Source: Candidatus Helarchaeota ASGARD archaeon Hel_GB_B (GTDB lineage Archaea > Asgardarchaeota > Lokiarchaeia > Helarchaeales > HEL-GB-B). From it: a DNA stretch of 32,000 nt. Positions 10,089 through 19,849 of the stretch are shown here, piece by piece. The stretch's first letter is position 1. Every line of letters starts with the position of its first letter. Where the stretch lies: positions 984 through 32,983 of the forward strand of contig SUPR01000035.1 of NCBI GenBank assembly GCA_005191425.1, read 5' to 3'. The notes beneath the pieces were generated by a model that was not told the origin of the DNA, did no database searches, and saw only the letters and a list, made by a program, of their open reading frames with translations. The position numbers and the translations under genes were made by a program.

Positions 10089-10216
10089 TAAAAAATTAAC
10101 CTTCTTTCAATAAATTTTTTGAATAAATTTTACATTTTCCTATTATAAAAAATAGGTAATGCATAAATAATAACTAAAAAAATTATTAAAATGGAATTTA
10201 AATCAAATTTTATTCA

Positions 10217-11320
10217 TTAAATGAACCTTAACATTTCATTCTGGCTTTTAATCATTAATTCCGTATTCAAACCTGATGGCAGTTCGAGTCTTGTATTTAA
10301 AAGTCCAAAATGCTCTAAAACAATTTTTGCAGCAGCTGCAATATCTTCTAAATTAAGCGAAACATTCGAATAGCCACGTTTTTTTTCTCTCTCTTGTTTC
10401 ATCTTTTTTAATACATCTGCCATTTTGTCCACAATTTCAAAATCAAGTTGATTTCTTTTTGCAAAATAAACAATGTTTTTAATATCTTCATTTGTAAAAT
10501 TTGGGACGGTGGTCGAAAGATAATTAATTAAATTATTATCGTCAATTTCACATTCCACAGCCTGCCATTTATTGATTGCGGAAGTCCTTTTTAAATAAAT
10601 AATCTCTATTGGGATGCCTATCTTTTCTAACAAATTAACAATCAAATCGCTTAATTCTCTTATTTTTAAAATTATATATAAATGAAGTCCATATGGTTTA
10701 TGCTCTTGCTGCATATATAATCCACGGGTCTGTAAACTTGAAATAATATTTACTCTTATTTTTTTGATCTCATAATTTGGTTGATCCAATGAACTTTCTA
10801 ATAATATCAAATTACCCTTTTTAGAATCGTAATGTCGCACCGTAAAGCCCTTAATACCCTTTTTCGAGCTATATATAAATTTTTTCAGTCCTCTAATAGT
10901 TGGTTTTATATTATATTCTTCTAAATCTGTCTCATCAATAGTCACATAATCATATTCACGTCCAATACACAACCTAATTGCATCCAATTGGAGTGTGTAA
11001 ATTGTACCTAATACCTCTTGAATTGCTTTATTGATCGGAAACACTTCTTTTATTAATATATCTAACCCTGCAGTTATAAGTTCCCATGGAATTATTTCTC
11101 CTCCTATATAATTTTTTTCGGGTGCCTCAGATGCTGTGCATTCTATCTCATAATCTACTAACTCTTTTTTAATGATAAGCGTAGTTGTACCTTTTTTTGT
11201 TTCATAAATTACAACACTTAAATTTTTGTTGATAACTGCCCTAAATTCTGTTGCAAAACTATTTTTGTTTTCATTTCGGTCAAAAAAATTATTCACTCTT
11301 TCTTTCTTATGACTATACAA
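10217..11320 (-). CDS. Hypothetical soluble protein (367 aa), possible AAA+ lid-like C-terminus
   Basis: Long ORF with plausible protein composition; TTG start is uncertain; no Walker motifs seen. Confidence 0.65.
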   Translation of the reverse strand: MYSHKKERVNNFFDRNENKNSFATEFRAVINKNLSVVIYETKKGTTTLIIKKELVDYEIECTASEAPEKNYIGGEIIPWELITAGLDILIKEVFPINKAIQEVLGTIYTLQLDAIRLCIGREYDYVTIDETDLEEYNIKPTIRGLKKFIYSSKKGIKGFTVRHYDSKKGNLILLESSLDQPNYEIKKIRVNIISSLQTRGLYMQQEHKPYGLHLYIILKIRELSDLIVNLLEKIGIPIEIIYLKRTSAINKWQAVECEIDDNNLINYLSTTVPNFTNEDIKNIVYFAKRNQLDFEIVDKMADVLKKMKQEREKKRGYSNVSLNLEDIAAAAKIVLEHFGLLNTRLELPSGLNTELMIKSQNEMLRFI

Positions 11321-11509
11321 ATTTAAGATCGCATCCTATTATTGTGATAATTCTTCTTTATTATTGATTTATTTTATTGTTTCCATTGTTTATTAAGTTT
11401 AAGGAGATTATAAATCGAATTTTTATGGCATTATTTATTTGAATTTTTAAATTCCAATTAATATCTTTTTGCAAATTATTTATTAGTACATCTAAAAAAA
11501 ATCTAACAT

Positions 11510-12017
11510 TTAAATAGCATATTTCTTGAGATAAAAACCGCATATTAAAAGAATTATTCCACCAATGAAATTTAAAATTATACTTGTGCCATTTAAATAA
11601 ATTATTATACTATAAGCCCATAATTCTTGTGCCATAACAAATAATTCGATTATTAAGTATATTAATGCACAAAATGAAAATGTACTTAGCCAAAAAAGTA
11701 TTTCATGGTGCCTGTTTTCTTCTATTCAGTCAAATTTTTCAAAAAATCGTAAATAACCCATTATAACACCAATTAATCTATAAATTAATGGTAGAATTAA
11801 CGGGATATTGTAAATATTAAATCCATATGTATCTAACCAGTTGTCCCATTGAATGACACCCATTCCGTAAGTCCCAAAAATCAGGTTTATTGCATTTAAA
11901 TCAATTTCATAATTACTATATGCATCTATATATTTCACCCAAGGTAAAAAAAAATGAAATGACCAATAATAATAACCCGAAGATAATAGACACACTTATC
12001 TCTTCATTTTTATTCAT
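11510..12017 (-). pseudogene. Disrupted 4-TM membrane protein gene (FLPW family)
   Basis: SD-like GAGGA 7 nt before ATG 12017 (MNKNEEISVSIIFGLLLLVISFF). One extra base in the A9 tract at 11946-11954 breaks the join to LPWVKYID. After an in-frame TGA at 11726-11728 the same frame continues with hydrophobic sequence (IEENRHHEILFWLSTFSFCALIYLII...GGIILLICGFYLKKYAI) to TAA at 11510-11512. Confidence 0.7.
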
Positions 12018-12360
12018 TTAGATTTCCTCTTATTAAATTAATTTAAAATTTCATGTTTTTAAATGAAGTATTTTTAATAAAACATTGTATTTATAACTAT
12101 AATTTTGTTGCTAAGATAATTTTTTTGGATTTCACTTGTCGTTAAAATGGTAAAATATCATATCATTTTTTCATAACCTGTTATATGACGCATTTCTTTA
12201 GTCTAAGTTTCTATTTGATTTATATTAAATGTAGCATATTAAATCGATATATATGATAAAAATTACTCTTAAATTACTAATTATTAAAAAGATAAATTAT
12301 TTATTTAAAGGACTTTATTCATCTTAATTTTATATTAAATTAATTGGATATGTTTAATAT

Positions 12361-13056
12361 ATGTCGATATTAGAAATTACCATGGAAAATGAATGTATCA
12401 ATAGGTTATTATCTGGAGGATTTAAATCAAAAAATTTATATCATATTTTTGGTGCTGAAGGGTCTGGAAAAACTACTTTTGGTCTGTATTTAGCATATTT
12501 AGTAGCAAAAAAAGGGTTTAAGATATTTTATTTAAGTTCTACTAGAAATTTCAATTTGATTAGATTAAAACAAATTGCAGGTGATTCATTCCTTGACATT
12601 TCTCAATTAATTTTTGTCCAAAATCCTAAAAACTTTTTAGAGCAGGATAAGATTGTCAACAAACTGGAAAATTTTATTACTGAAAAGTTTAAGTTAATCG
12701 TTATAGATGACATAGTTTCTCTTATGAAGGAAAAAAGTAAAATAGACTCTAAACGACTCTTAAAAAGCAGGATGTTATCAAGGCAATTGGCATTACTTAA
12801 AAATATTTCTAGAAATTATGATATTATTTCTGTTATTTTAAATCAAAGCTCAATTAATAAAGATGAAGATAGTGGAGAATTAAAAAATGTACCATTCTAT
12901 AAAGCTGTTGTCACTTTTTATTCTGATTTTGATTTAGAAATTATACAATCACAAGAAAATTCACTTTCAAATAGAAAATTAAAAAGAATTAAACCTGAAA
13001 ATCAAGATATTTCTAATATATGTAAATTTCAGCTAGATAATAAAGGAATTATATAA
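12361..13056 (+). CDS. radB: RecA-superfamily DNA repair/recombination protein RadB-like
   Basis: ATPase core only (no RadA N-terminal domain). Walker A GAEGSGKT, Walker B LIVIDD, 'LSRQLALLKNISRNYDIISVILNQ'. Confidence 0.8.
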   Translation: MSILEITMENECINRLLSGGFKSKNLYHIFGAEGSGKTTFGLYLAYLVAKKGFKIFYLSSTRNFNLIRLKQIAGDSFLDISQLIFVQNPKNFLEQDKIVNKLENFITEKFKLIVIDDIVSLMKEKSKIDSKRLLKSRMLSRQLALLKNISRNYDIISVILNQSSINKDEDSGELKNVPFYKAVVTFYSDFDLEIIQSQENSLSNRKLKRIKPENQDISNICKFQLDNKGII

Positions 13057-13077
13057 ATTAAAAATTTGTTTATATAT

Positions 13078-13863
13078 TTACCATGGTTCTTTCTTCAATT
13101 TTAACTTATAAGCTATTAAATTACTCAATAAATGGATCAATGGTGTAAAAATTAACATAAAAACCACATAAATCCATGCATTTTTTATAGGGTGTAAAAG
13201 ATAAGCAAAAAGCATAGCAAAAGATATAAAATCGAGCTGGTCAATAATTGGTAATGGAGCACCTCTTTCGTATTTAAATCGTCTTTTTAAACCTGAACCT
13301 ACCATATCACCAAAAAATGCTCCAAAGGCTGTGAAAAAGCTGACTAACATTGCAATTCCTGGCATTATTTTAAAGAATTGTGCAATTTCTGACTCGTTTG
13401 TAAATAGCGTAATAACGTGCCCGTTCACCGGATTTAACTGATAATTTTCAAATCCCAAGGTTATCATTACATTATTAATAACAAAATAATTTAGGATCCA
13501 AATAATTATTCCTATAATAAATCCAAATAAGACGCCACCGATCATACCTTGCCATGTTTTGCCATCGCCTAAAATTCTGCTACCTTTAAAGTACCTTTTT
13601 CCATCTATTGGTGTACCGTTTTTACCAAAAATTACCATTGTAGCATTAGTCGCAAGCGCTGGTACCATCCATAATAGTGATACCACTAAAATAACAATAA
13701 AATCAAAAAAATTCCACCCTAAAGATGGATTTATTAAGTTTACAATTACTGGGATTATAATAAATCCTCCGAATAAGCTGAGAAATATAATACTGAACTT
13801 GACCATTAAATTAATGTCTCTTTTTTCCAATTTTGGTGTTTCATCATCAAATTTTTTAGTCAT
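13078..13863 (-). CDS. carS: CDP-archaeol synthase (CDP-2,3-bis-(O-geranylgeranyl)-sn-glycerol synthase)
   Basis: 'PALATNA...PIDG...ILGDGKTWQG', 'GAFFGDMVGSGLKRR...RGAPLPIIDQLDF', C-terminal 'LIAYKLKLKKEPW'. Confidence 0.93.
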   Translation of the reverse strand: MTKKFDDETPKLEKRDINLMVKFSIIFLSLFGGFIIIPVIVNLINPSLGWNFFDFIVILVVSLLWMVPALATNATMVIFGKNGTPIDGKRYFKGSRILGDGKTWQGMIGGVLFGFIIGIIIWILNYFVINNVMITLGFENYQLNPVNGHVITLFTNESEIAQFFKIMPGIAMLVSFFTAFGAFFGDMVGSGLKRRFKYERGAPLPIIDQLDFISFAMLFAYLLHPIKNAWIYVVFMLIFTPLIHLLSNLIAYKLKLKKEPW

Positions 13864-13919
13864 CGGTCATCATAATACGAAATAATATTTAACATTTTTC
13901 ATAGATAACAATTAGATCT

Positions 13920-14495
13920 TTAAATTATGGAACTAAGAATCGCCGTGTACAAGTCTTCATCATACATTCTAATCCCTTTTAGATACATTGCGGTCTCTAG
14001 CAAGAAAAATGCAATTATTATAACAACAATTCCCAGACCTAAATACACATAACAAGAAGATGGCTTATAAAAGTTTTTTGTAGATAAATAAATTAATGAA
14101 AAACCACCTAATGCTATAAAAATAAATGATGATGCAAGAATTCCTTCAATAATAAATTGGTCGTTTAATGACCTTAAGAAAATTATCGGTTCAGGTGGAT
14201 TTCCTTGTCCATAACCCATGGGAATTTCTCGATATGCTCCTATTATGAAGTACATCCCACCGCTAAAAAAATAGAAGAATAGTATAAAAACAAAAACCAT
14301 TACTAAATACCTTGAAGTCAAAAAGCTGGGTATTTTTACTCCTACAAAAGGGTTATTTAACCTTATATTTGGCTTTCTAATAATTTTCTGAGGCCATGGT
14401 AGGTGGGCATTCCAAAATGATTTTGATAAAAGTGTTTGAGTTATACTTGTTGCGGATTTCTTGGAAATTTTTTTCGTTTGCTTTTTCTTTGTCAT
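13920..14495 (-). CDS. OSTC/DC2-like oligosaccharyltransferase subunit (OST3/OST6 TM-domain family)
   Basis: Three TM segments, no thioredoxin domain. '[31 protein letters not shown]' matches human OSTC '[32 protein letters not shown]' (human sequence recalled from memory). Confidence 0.82.
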   Translation of the reverse strand: [191 protein letters not shown]

Positions 14496-14689
14496 AAAAA
14501 TACCCTTAAAATCAAAAAAAAATTTCGTTAATTTCTTGATTGATAAATTTGTTTTTTGTTTTTAATAAAAATATGGTGCATTTAATTTAAAGATTTAATT
14601 TTATTTTATAAAATCTTTTCTCCTATACGACCAAATAGCAAATCTATAGACTTTAAAATTAAATAAAAAGATATTTTAGTCTTAAATTG

Positions 14690-15252
14690 TTAATAATTTA
14701 GCGGAGACAATTTATTGGCAATAATTACAGCAACGACACTTATTACTGTACAATAAACTATCATTATTAGACTGAAAAATATTGTCAATAAAATAACGAT
14801 ACCAATAAGCGCAATTCCTACTGGACCAGTAAAAAGCAATCCTGCATTACCCACTAGTACTATTTCCATTATAATCGTAAATATTAAGCTAAAAAACACT
14901 GTCAATAGTCCTTGATACATTGCTTTTTGAGGACGCCTCAAAATAAATCCAATCATAAACCCAATTATCGTCCAAGTAAGTATTGACGCAATTAATACTC
15001 CTGAAACAAGGTTCAAGAATGTTGCTGGATCTATATTTATAATCCAAATTAGAAAACCCGGCCTTGGAGTGATATATAATGAAATAGTCGTTAAAAAAAC
15101 AACAATTGGATTTGCATAATTCGCGATATCTGGGGTAAAAATAATGTATTTATCATTTGAAATGTTGAAGTTGGCTCAATGACTATAATTATGATAAAAC
15201 CTATCAATAAACTTATACCTACACCACCTAAGGCAATTAATATCGAATTCAT
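14690..15252 (-). pseudogene. Frameshifted multi-TM membrane protein gene (~187 aa if repaired)
   Basis: ATG 15252 gives MNSILIALGGVGISLLIGFIIIIVIE... and stops after 53 codons. The 14690 frame stays open without a start codon up to TGA at 15176-15178. One added base between about 15092 and 15175 (e.g. in the A5 tract 15137-15141) joins the two. Confidence 0.6.
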
Positions 15253-15709
15253 AAATTTTCTTTCATTAAATTATTCACTCATTCCTTTCACGCTCACCAA
15301 TTTTTAATTTTCAAAATTAATTCAGTTTTAATATTATATTAGTCATTGAAGTTAAAAATGTAATTAATATATTCTGTTTTATCAAAAATGAATTTTGTTA
15401 ATTTTTTACATATTTCTGTTTATACAAATGTTTCCAATGTTTTATTTGACAAAAAACCATTAGGTAAAACAAGTCCATTTACAAAATTTTTATTTAATAA
15501 AATAATTCACATTAATTTTTATGAAATAAACCTAATAAATTCTAATTTCATAAGAATTTTTTCTTATTTTTCCTTGTTATGAACATATTTTTTCAAAAAA
15601 TTAATAATTTTGTTTAATTTATTTGAAAAAAAGTTTTATATTGAAATGATCGTGTAATATAGCGTGATCAGATCAAAATGAATTTAAAAATATTATGTGG
15701 TAATAAAAA

Positions 15710-16420
15710 ATGACAGTAAATGGCGTTAATTATGAATATGAAATTAAATTTTCACCTTCTTACTCAATATTAAATATATATCTAAAAAAAGATCAAACTA
15801 TATTGGCAGAAGCAGGCTCAATGATTTATCACGATGTTTCTATTGGTATAAAAACGAGAAAAGCAAACAAAAGTTTCTGGAAAAGCATTGTAAGAACTTT
15901 AGCTGGAGAAAATTTTTGGATAAACGAATTTACTGCTGAATCAGGGGATGGTATCATCGGCTTAGCACCACCATATCCTGGAGATATAATGCAAATAAAG
16001 GTAGAACCGGGTAAAAGTTGGTTGGTATATTCTGGTGCATTCTTGGCGTGCTCTCCAAGTGTAGATACTTCAACTAAATTCTCTGGTTTTAAAAAAGGTA
16101 TGTTTGGTGGTGAAAAAATGTTTTATCTCCAAATAACTTCTCCAAAAGAAGCTGACTTATTTGTTTCAGCGCTTGGTGGCTTTTTTATTAGAGATTTAAA
16201 GGACGGAGAAAAACTTCGGATTGATAATTCACACATGGTGGCAATAGAAGGTGAAATAAAATGGGATATCAAGCGAGTTGGTGGAATTAAAGCTACTTTG
16301 TTCAGTAAAGAAGGCTTAGTAATCGAATTAGAAGGACCTGGTAAAGTCATTTTTCAGACTCGGTCTCCATCTGAAATTATATCTTGGATATACCGTTATC
16401 TTCCAAAATCTGAAGGTTAA
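15710..16420 (+). CDS. AIM24 / TIGR00266 family protein
   Basis: 'PSYSILNIYLKKDQTILAEAGSMIY', 'LAGENFWINEF', 'LRIDNSHMVA', 'GEKMF', 'EGPGKVIFQTRS'. Confidence 0.9.
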   Translation: MTVNGVNYEYEIKFSPSYSILNIYLKKDQTILAEAGSMIYHDVSIGIKTRKANKSFWKSIVRTLAGENFWINEFTAESGDGIIGLAPPYPGDIMQIKVEPGKSWLVYSGAFLACSPSVDTSTKFSGFKKGMFGGEKMFYLQITSPKEADLFVSALGGFFIRDLKDGEKLRIDNSHMVAIEGEIKWDIKRVGGIKATLFSKEGLVIELEGPGKVIFQTRSPSEIISWIYRYLPKSEG

Positions 16421-16493
16421 ACAACTTTAAAACAATTCTAATAAATACATAATAAAAATTTTTATTCTTTTTAATTCCTTCAATATTTAAAAT

Positions 16494-17669
16494 TTAATTA
16501 ATTACAACATCAAGAGAGCTTGCTCCATCTGAAATTTCACAAGGATAAATACTTGGACTAATCCCAGTCATTTTTGGATATCTATTCTCTACTCTTTCAA
16601 TAATATTTTTTTCTTCTTTTTTATCAATTAACGCAATTACACAACCCCCAAATCCAGCTCCTGTCATCCTACTCCCATATACTCCTTTATGATTAATTAA
16701 GATATCAAATAATGCGTCCAATTCTTTACAACTTACCTGGTAATCTTCTTTTAAACTTACGTGTGATTCCTTCATACAGTTCCCAACAGTTTCAAGATCT
16801 CCTTTTTCTAAAGATTCCTTAGCAGTCAATACCCTCTCATTTTCGTAGACAATATGTTTAACCCTTTTTGCGATGATTTTTGGTAAAAAATGCTTATATT
16901 TTTCAAAATTATCCGCTGAAAGATCCCGTAATGAATTAATTTCTAACCCATTCTCGTTCAAAATGTTAACTGCTTCAGCACATTCAGATTTCCGCTGATT
17001 CAATGCCTTTTTTGCTGACCTCTTAACATTTGAGTTTATAACAAGTAATTCTATATCTTTTTGTTTTATATTTATGATCTTATAATCTAAAGTCTTACAA
17101 TCAATAAAGATAGCCGAATTTTTCTTCCCGAATAAAGAGGCATATTGATCCATAACTCCTGTTTCAATTCCCAAAAATTCTTTCTCTGCCTTGTAACATA
17201 ATTTTACAAGGTCTATATCCGAAATTTCTACGTTATTTAATGTCTTAAACAAGAGGGCAAGTGCTATCTCATAAGCTCCTGAAGACCCCATACCACTTTC
17301 CATTGGAATGGTACCATGTATTACTGCCTTCAAGCCATTTACCTTATGACCTTTATTTTTAAATTCTGTTATTATCCCTTTTATATAGTTTATCCAATGT
17401 TCATTAATCATACTTGAATCTTCTATGTCAAATGTATACGATTTGTTGAAATTAAGTGAACTAAAGGTCGCTTTATTGCCATTGTAATTAAAACCTCCAA
17501 TTATTATATCCTTATTTACTGAGCAAGGTAATACATAACCTAAATTATAGTCTGTATGTCCACCAACTAAGTTTACTCTACCTGGAGCTCTTACGAAACT
17601 AACATCTTCAATTGAAAAACCTTTGAATCGTTTTAAATTATTTATAATATCTTCCAGCCTTTTATTCAT
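16494..17669 (-). CDS. galK: Galactokinase-family (GHMP) sugar-1-kinase with altered sugar-binding residues
   Basis: RAPGRVNLVGGHTDYN, PMESGMGSSGA, GVMDQ, GSRMTGAGFGGC. The canonical GEH Glu is Gly and the YN.R Tyr is Leu, so galactose specificity is uncertain. Confidence 0.8.
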   Translation of the reverse strand: MNKRLEDIINNLKRFKGFSIEDVSFVRAPGRVNLVGGHTDYNLGYVLPCSVNKDIIIGGFNYNGNKATFSSLNFNKSYTFDIEDSSMINEHWINYIKGIITEFKNKGHKVNGLKAVIHGTIPMESGMGSSGAYEIALALLFKTLNNVEISDIDLVKLCYKAEKEFLGIETGVMDQYASLFGKKNSAIFIDCKTLDYKIINIKQKDIELLVINSNVKRSAKKALNQRKSECAEAVNILNENGLEINSLRDLSADNFEKYKHFLPKIIAKRVKHIVYENERVLTAKESLEKGDLETVGNCMKESHVSLKEDYQVSCKELDALFDILINHKGVYGSRMTGAGFGGCVIALIDKKEEKNIIERVENRYPKMTGISPSIYPCEISDGASSLDVVIN

Positions 17670-19800
17670 CCTTTAAATCACCCTTTGTTTTATCCGTTCT
17701 TTTCTTATGATTCGCCCAGTTAACACAAGTGGTAAATGGCCTTTTTTTTGGGAGTTGGAGTCTGACCATCGGATATTTCTTTCCAAATTCATCTTCGCAA
17801 TATTTACAATATTTATTTAATGGTGTAATTTTACCTTTTTGGGATATGGGAAATGATGTAGTACATTTCGGATAATTTGAACATCCAATAAATCTTTTTT
17901 TAGTTTTTTTAGAATAAAGAATTTTAAGAGTACCTCCATCACAATTTGGGCATTTTCCAATAATACTCTGCTCTTCATATGTTTTTATAATAGAATCTTC
18001 AAGACTTTTTCCGATAGACATCTCATCAGCTTTAAACTTCCCTAAAATGATCATTAACCTCTCTTTAACATTATTGATAACATCGTCCTTGTGGATTTCA
18101 CCCATCTCAATCTTATTCATCATCCGTTCCAATTCTCTTGTCATTTCCACTGATAATATCTCGGGGACATATCTTTTAAGAACATCAATTAAAGACATAC
18201 CGATTTTAGTGGGTTCAATTAACTTATTTTTTATATATTTTCTTTCATATAACTTTTTTATAATTTCAGACCTCGTGGATTTTGTACCAATTTCGTTTTT
18301 CTCCATCCATTTTCTAATAGAATTTGGATTATATCTTGCCGGGGGCTTGGTCTGTTTTTTTTCTTTTTTTAACTCTACATCAAATATTTGTCCTAAATTA
18401 AACGGAGGTAGACCTTCTGCTTTTAACCCCTTGGCTACAATTGGATTAAACTTAAGCCAACCCTTATCGACTAAATTCTGACCTGTTAAATAAAAAGTAT
18501 CTGTATCTATCATTACTTTATATTTCGTTTTTTCAAATTTAGCAGGTTGACCAAAGATGGAAAAAAAGTTATATACTATCAAATTATAGATATTTTTTTC
18601 TGTCTTATTAAGTCCTTCTGCTGGTATATTCCCTGTAGGTGTTATTGGCGGGTGCGCTGGGTCGGTCTTTTTACCTTTATTTGGTACCAGCTGCAACTTT
18701 AATAATTCATCACACAAACTCTTGTATTCTGTGCATTTTTCCAATGATTGTATAATCTGGTTAATATTCAAGCTTTTTGGAATAACTTGATTGGAGGTAC
18801 GAGGATAACTTATTAATGACTTTAAATATAAACTCTCAGCAATTTTTAAAGTGGTAGACGGGTTATACTTAAAAAAATTCCACGCATCATCTTGTAGACC
18901 ACTTAAATTATAGGGAACTGGTGGATTTCTGTAAAAGTCAGATTTTTTAATATCTGATATAACGCCTTGTTTATTTTTACACCTATCTAACACGCGGTCT
19001 ATTTCATTTTCGTCGTAGAACCTCTTCTTTACGCACTCAATAGGATACTTCTTACCTTGAAATTTAAGAAATCCCTTAATTTTCCAATAATCCTCTGGTA
19101 TAAACTGTAAAATACTTTTCTCCCTCTCGACCAATTCTGCCAATGTTGGGCCTTGAACCCGCCCTATTGTAAGTAAATAGAAATTTATCTTCTCTAATTT
19201 TGTCGTACTTAATGTTAATGCATGCGATAAGTTAATCCCAAATAAATAATCCACCTCGTGTCTGCATATCCCCGATTCTATTAAATTGAAATTCAACGAA
19301 GGCATGGGGCACTCATATGAATTTATTATTTCTCGTTCTGTCAGAGACGAAAATTTCATCCGTTTAGCTATACTTACTCTCTCTCCTCCTATGCAATATT
19401 CCAAAATCTTATATCCAATTGTAGAACCCTCAATATCATAATCACACGCTACTATATATTCATTACAGACCTGTGATACCTTCTTAAAAATGTCCAGCAA
19501 GTTTTTATACTGGTAATATTGTCTGTTCTTTTTTCTCGCAAGCGCTAATTTCTCGTAATTTGGCACCCACTTAAGGTCAAAAACAGGGTACTCAAAATTC
19601 CCCTTACCCTCCTCTTTTTTATGACTGACCGTAAAAAGATGTCCTATAGCTGGGACTAACAATAAGACCTTACCACCCCGTTCTGCCCTATAGTACTCGA
19701 CATTCTTCAATTTAACTAATTTAGGGCTGTTTTTTTCGTCCAAAATTTTCGCAATTTTTTTACACGCAAGCGGTTTTTCTGTTATTACCAAGACCGACAT
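17662..19800 (-). CDS. topA: DNA topoisomerase I (type IA, archaeal)
   Basis: TOPRIM ITEKP...ACDYDIEG, 'IGRVQGPTL', catalytic 'ISYPRT', 'DPAHPPI', 'IGTKSTR'; C-terminal Zn-ribbons (CPNC..CSNYPKC). Overlaps galK-like gene by 8 nt. Confidence 0.95.
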   Translation of the reverse strand: MSVLVITEKPLACKKIAKILDEKNSPKLVKLKNVEYYRAERGGKVLLLVPAIGHLFTVSHKKEEGKGNFEYPVFDLKWVPNYEKLALARKKNRQYYQYKNLLDIFKKVSQVCNEYIVACDYDIEGSTIGYKILEYCIGGERVSIAKRMKFSSLTEREIINSYECPMPSLNFNLIESGICRHEVDYLFGINLSHALTLSTTKLEKINFYLLTIGRVQGPTLAELVEREKSILQFIPEDYWKIKGFLKFQGKKYPIECVKKRFYDENEIDRVLDRCKNKQGVISDIKKSDFYRNPPVPYNLSGLQDDAWNFFKYNPSTTLKIAESLYLKSLISYPRTSNQVIPKSLNINQIIQSLEKCTEYKSLCDELLKLQLVPNKGKKTDPAHPPITPTGNIPAEGLNKTEKNIYNLIVYNFFSIFGQPAKFEKTKYKVMIDTDTFYLTGQNLVDKGWLKFNPIVAKGLKAEGLPPFNLGQIFDVELKKEKKQTKPPARYNPNSIRKWMEKNEIGTKSTRSEIIKKLYERKYIKNKLIEPTKIGMSLIDVLKRYVPEILSVEMTRELERMMNKIEMGEIHKDDVINNVKERLMIILGKFKADEMSIGKSLEDSIIKTYEEQSIIGKCPNCDGGTLKILYSKKTKKRFIGCSNYPKCTTSFPISQKGKITPLNKYCKYCEDEFGKKYPMVRLQLPKKRPFTTCVNWANHKKRTDKTKGDLKDE

Positions 19801-19849
19801 TTTTTACCTTACCATAACCTTTTTTTTGAATGCTTGATTTTTATCCTAT

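Noticed and set aside
11583-11635. 10-bp direct repeat CTTGTGCCAT at 11583 and 11626
   Set aside because: Only two copies, both inside the pseudogene's coding remnant; no array or CRISPR-like periodicity.
7021-14495. Poly-Lys stretches resembling nuclear localisation signals (7036-7060, 8540-8590, 14460-14495)
   Set aside because: Explained by the positive-inside rule for membrane proteins and by AT-rich codon bias.
15388-15582. 64-aa ORF (and similar ones at 11361-11543 and 29001-29189) in AT-rich spacers
   Set aside because: F/I/N/L-rich composition typical of translated non-coding AT-rich DNA; no SD site or motif.
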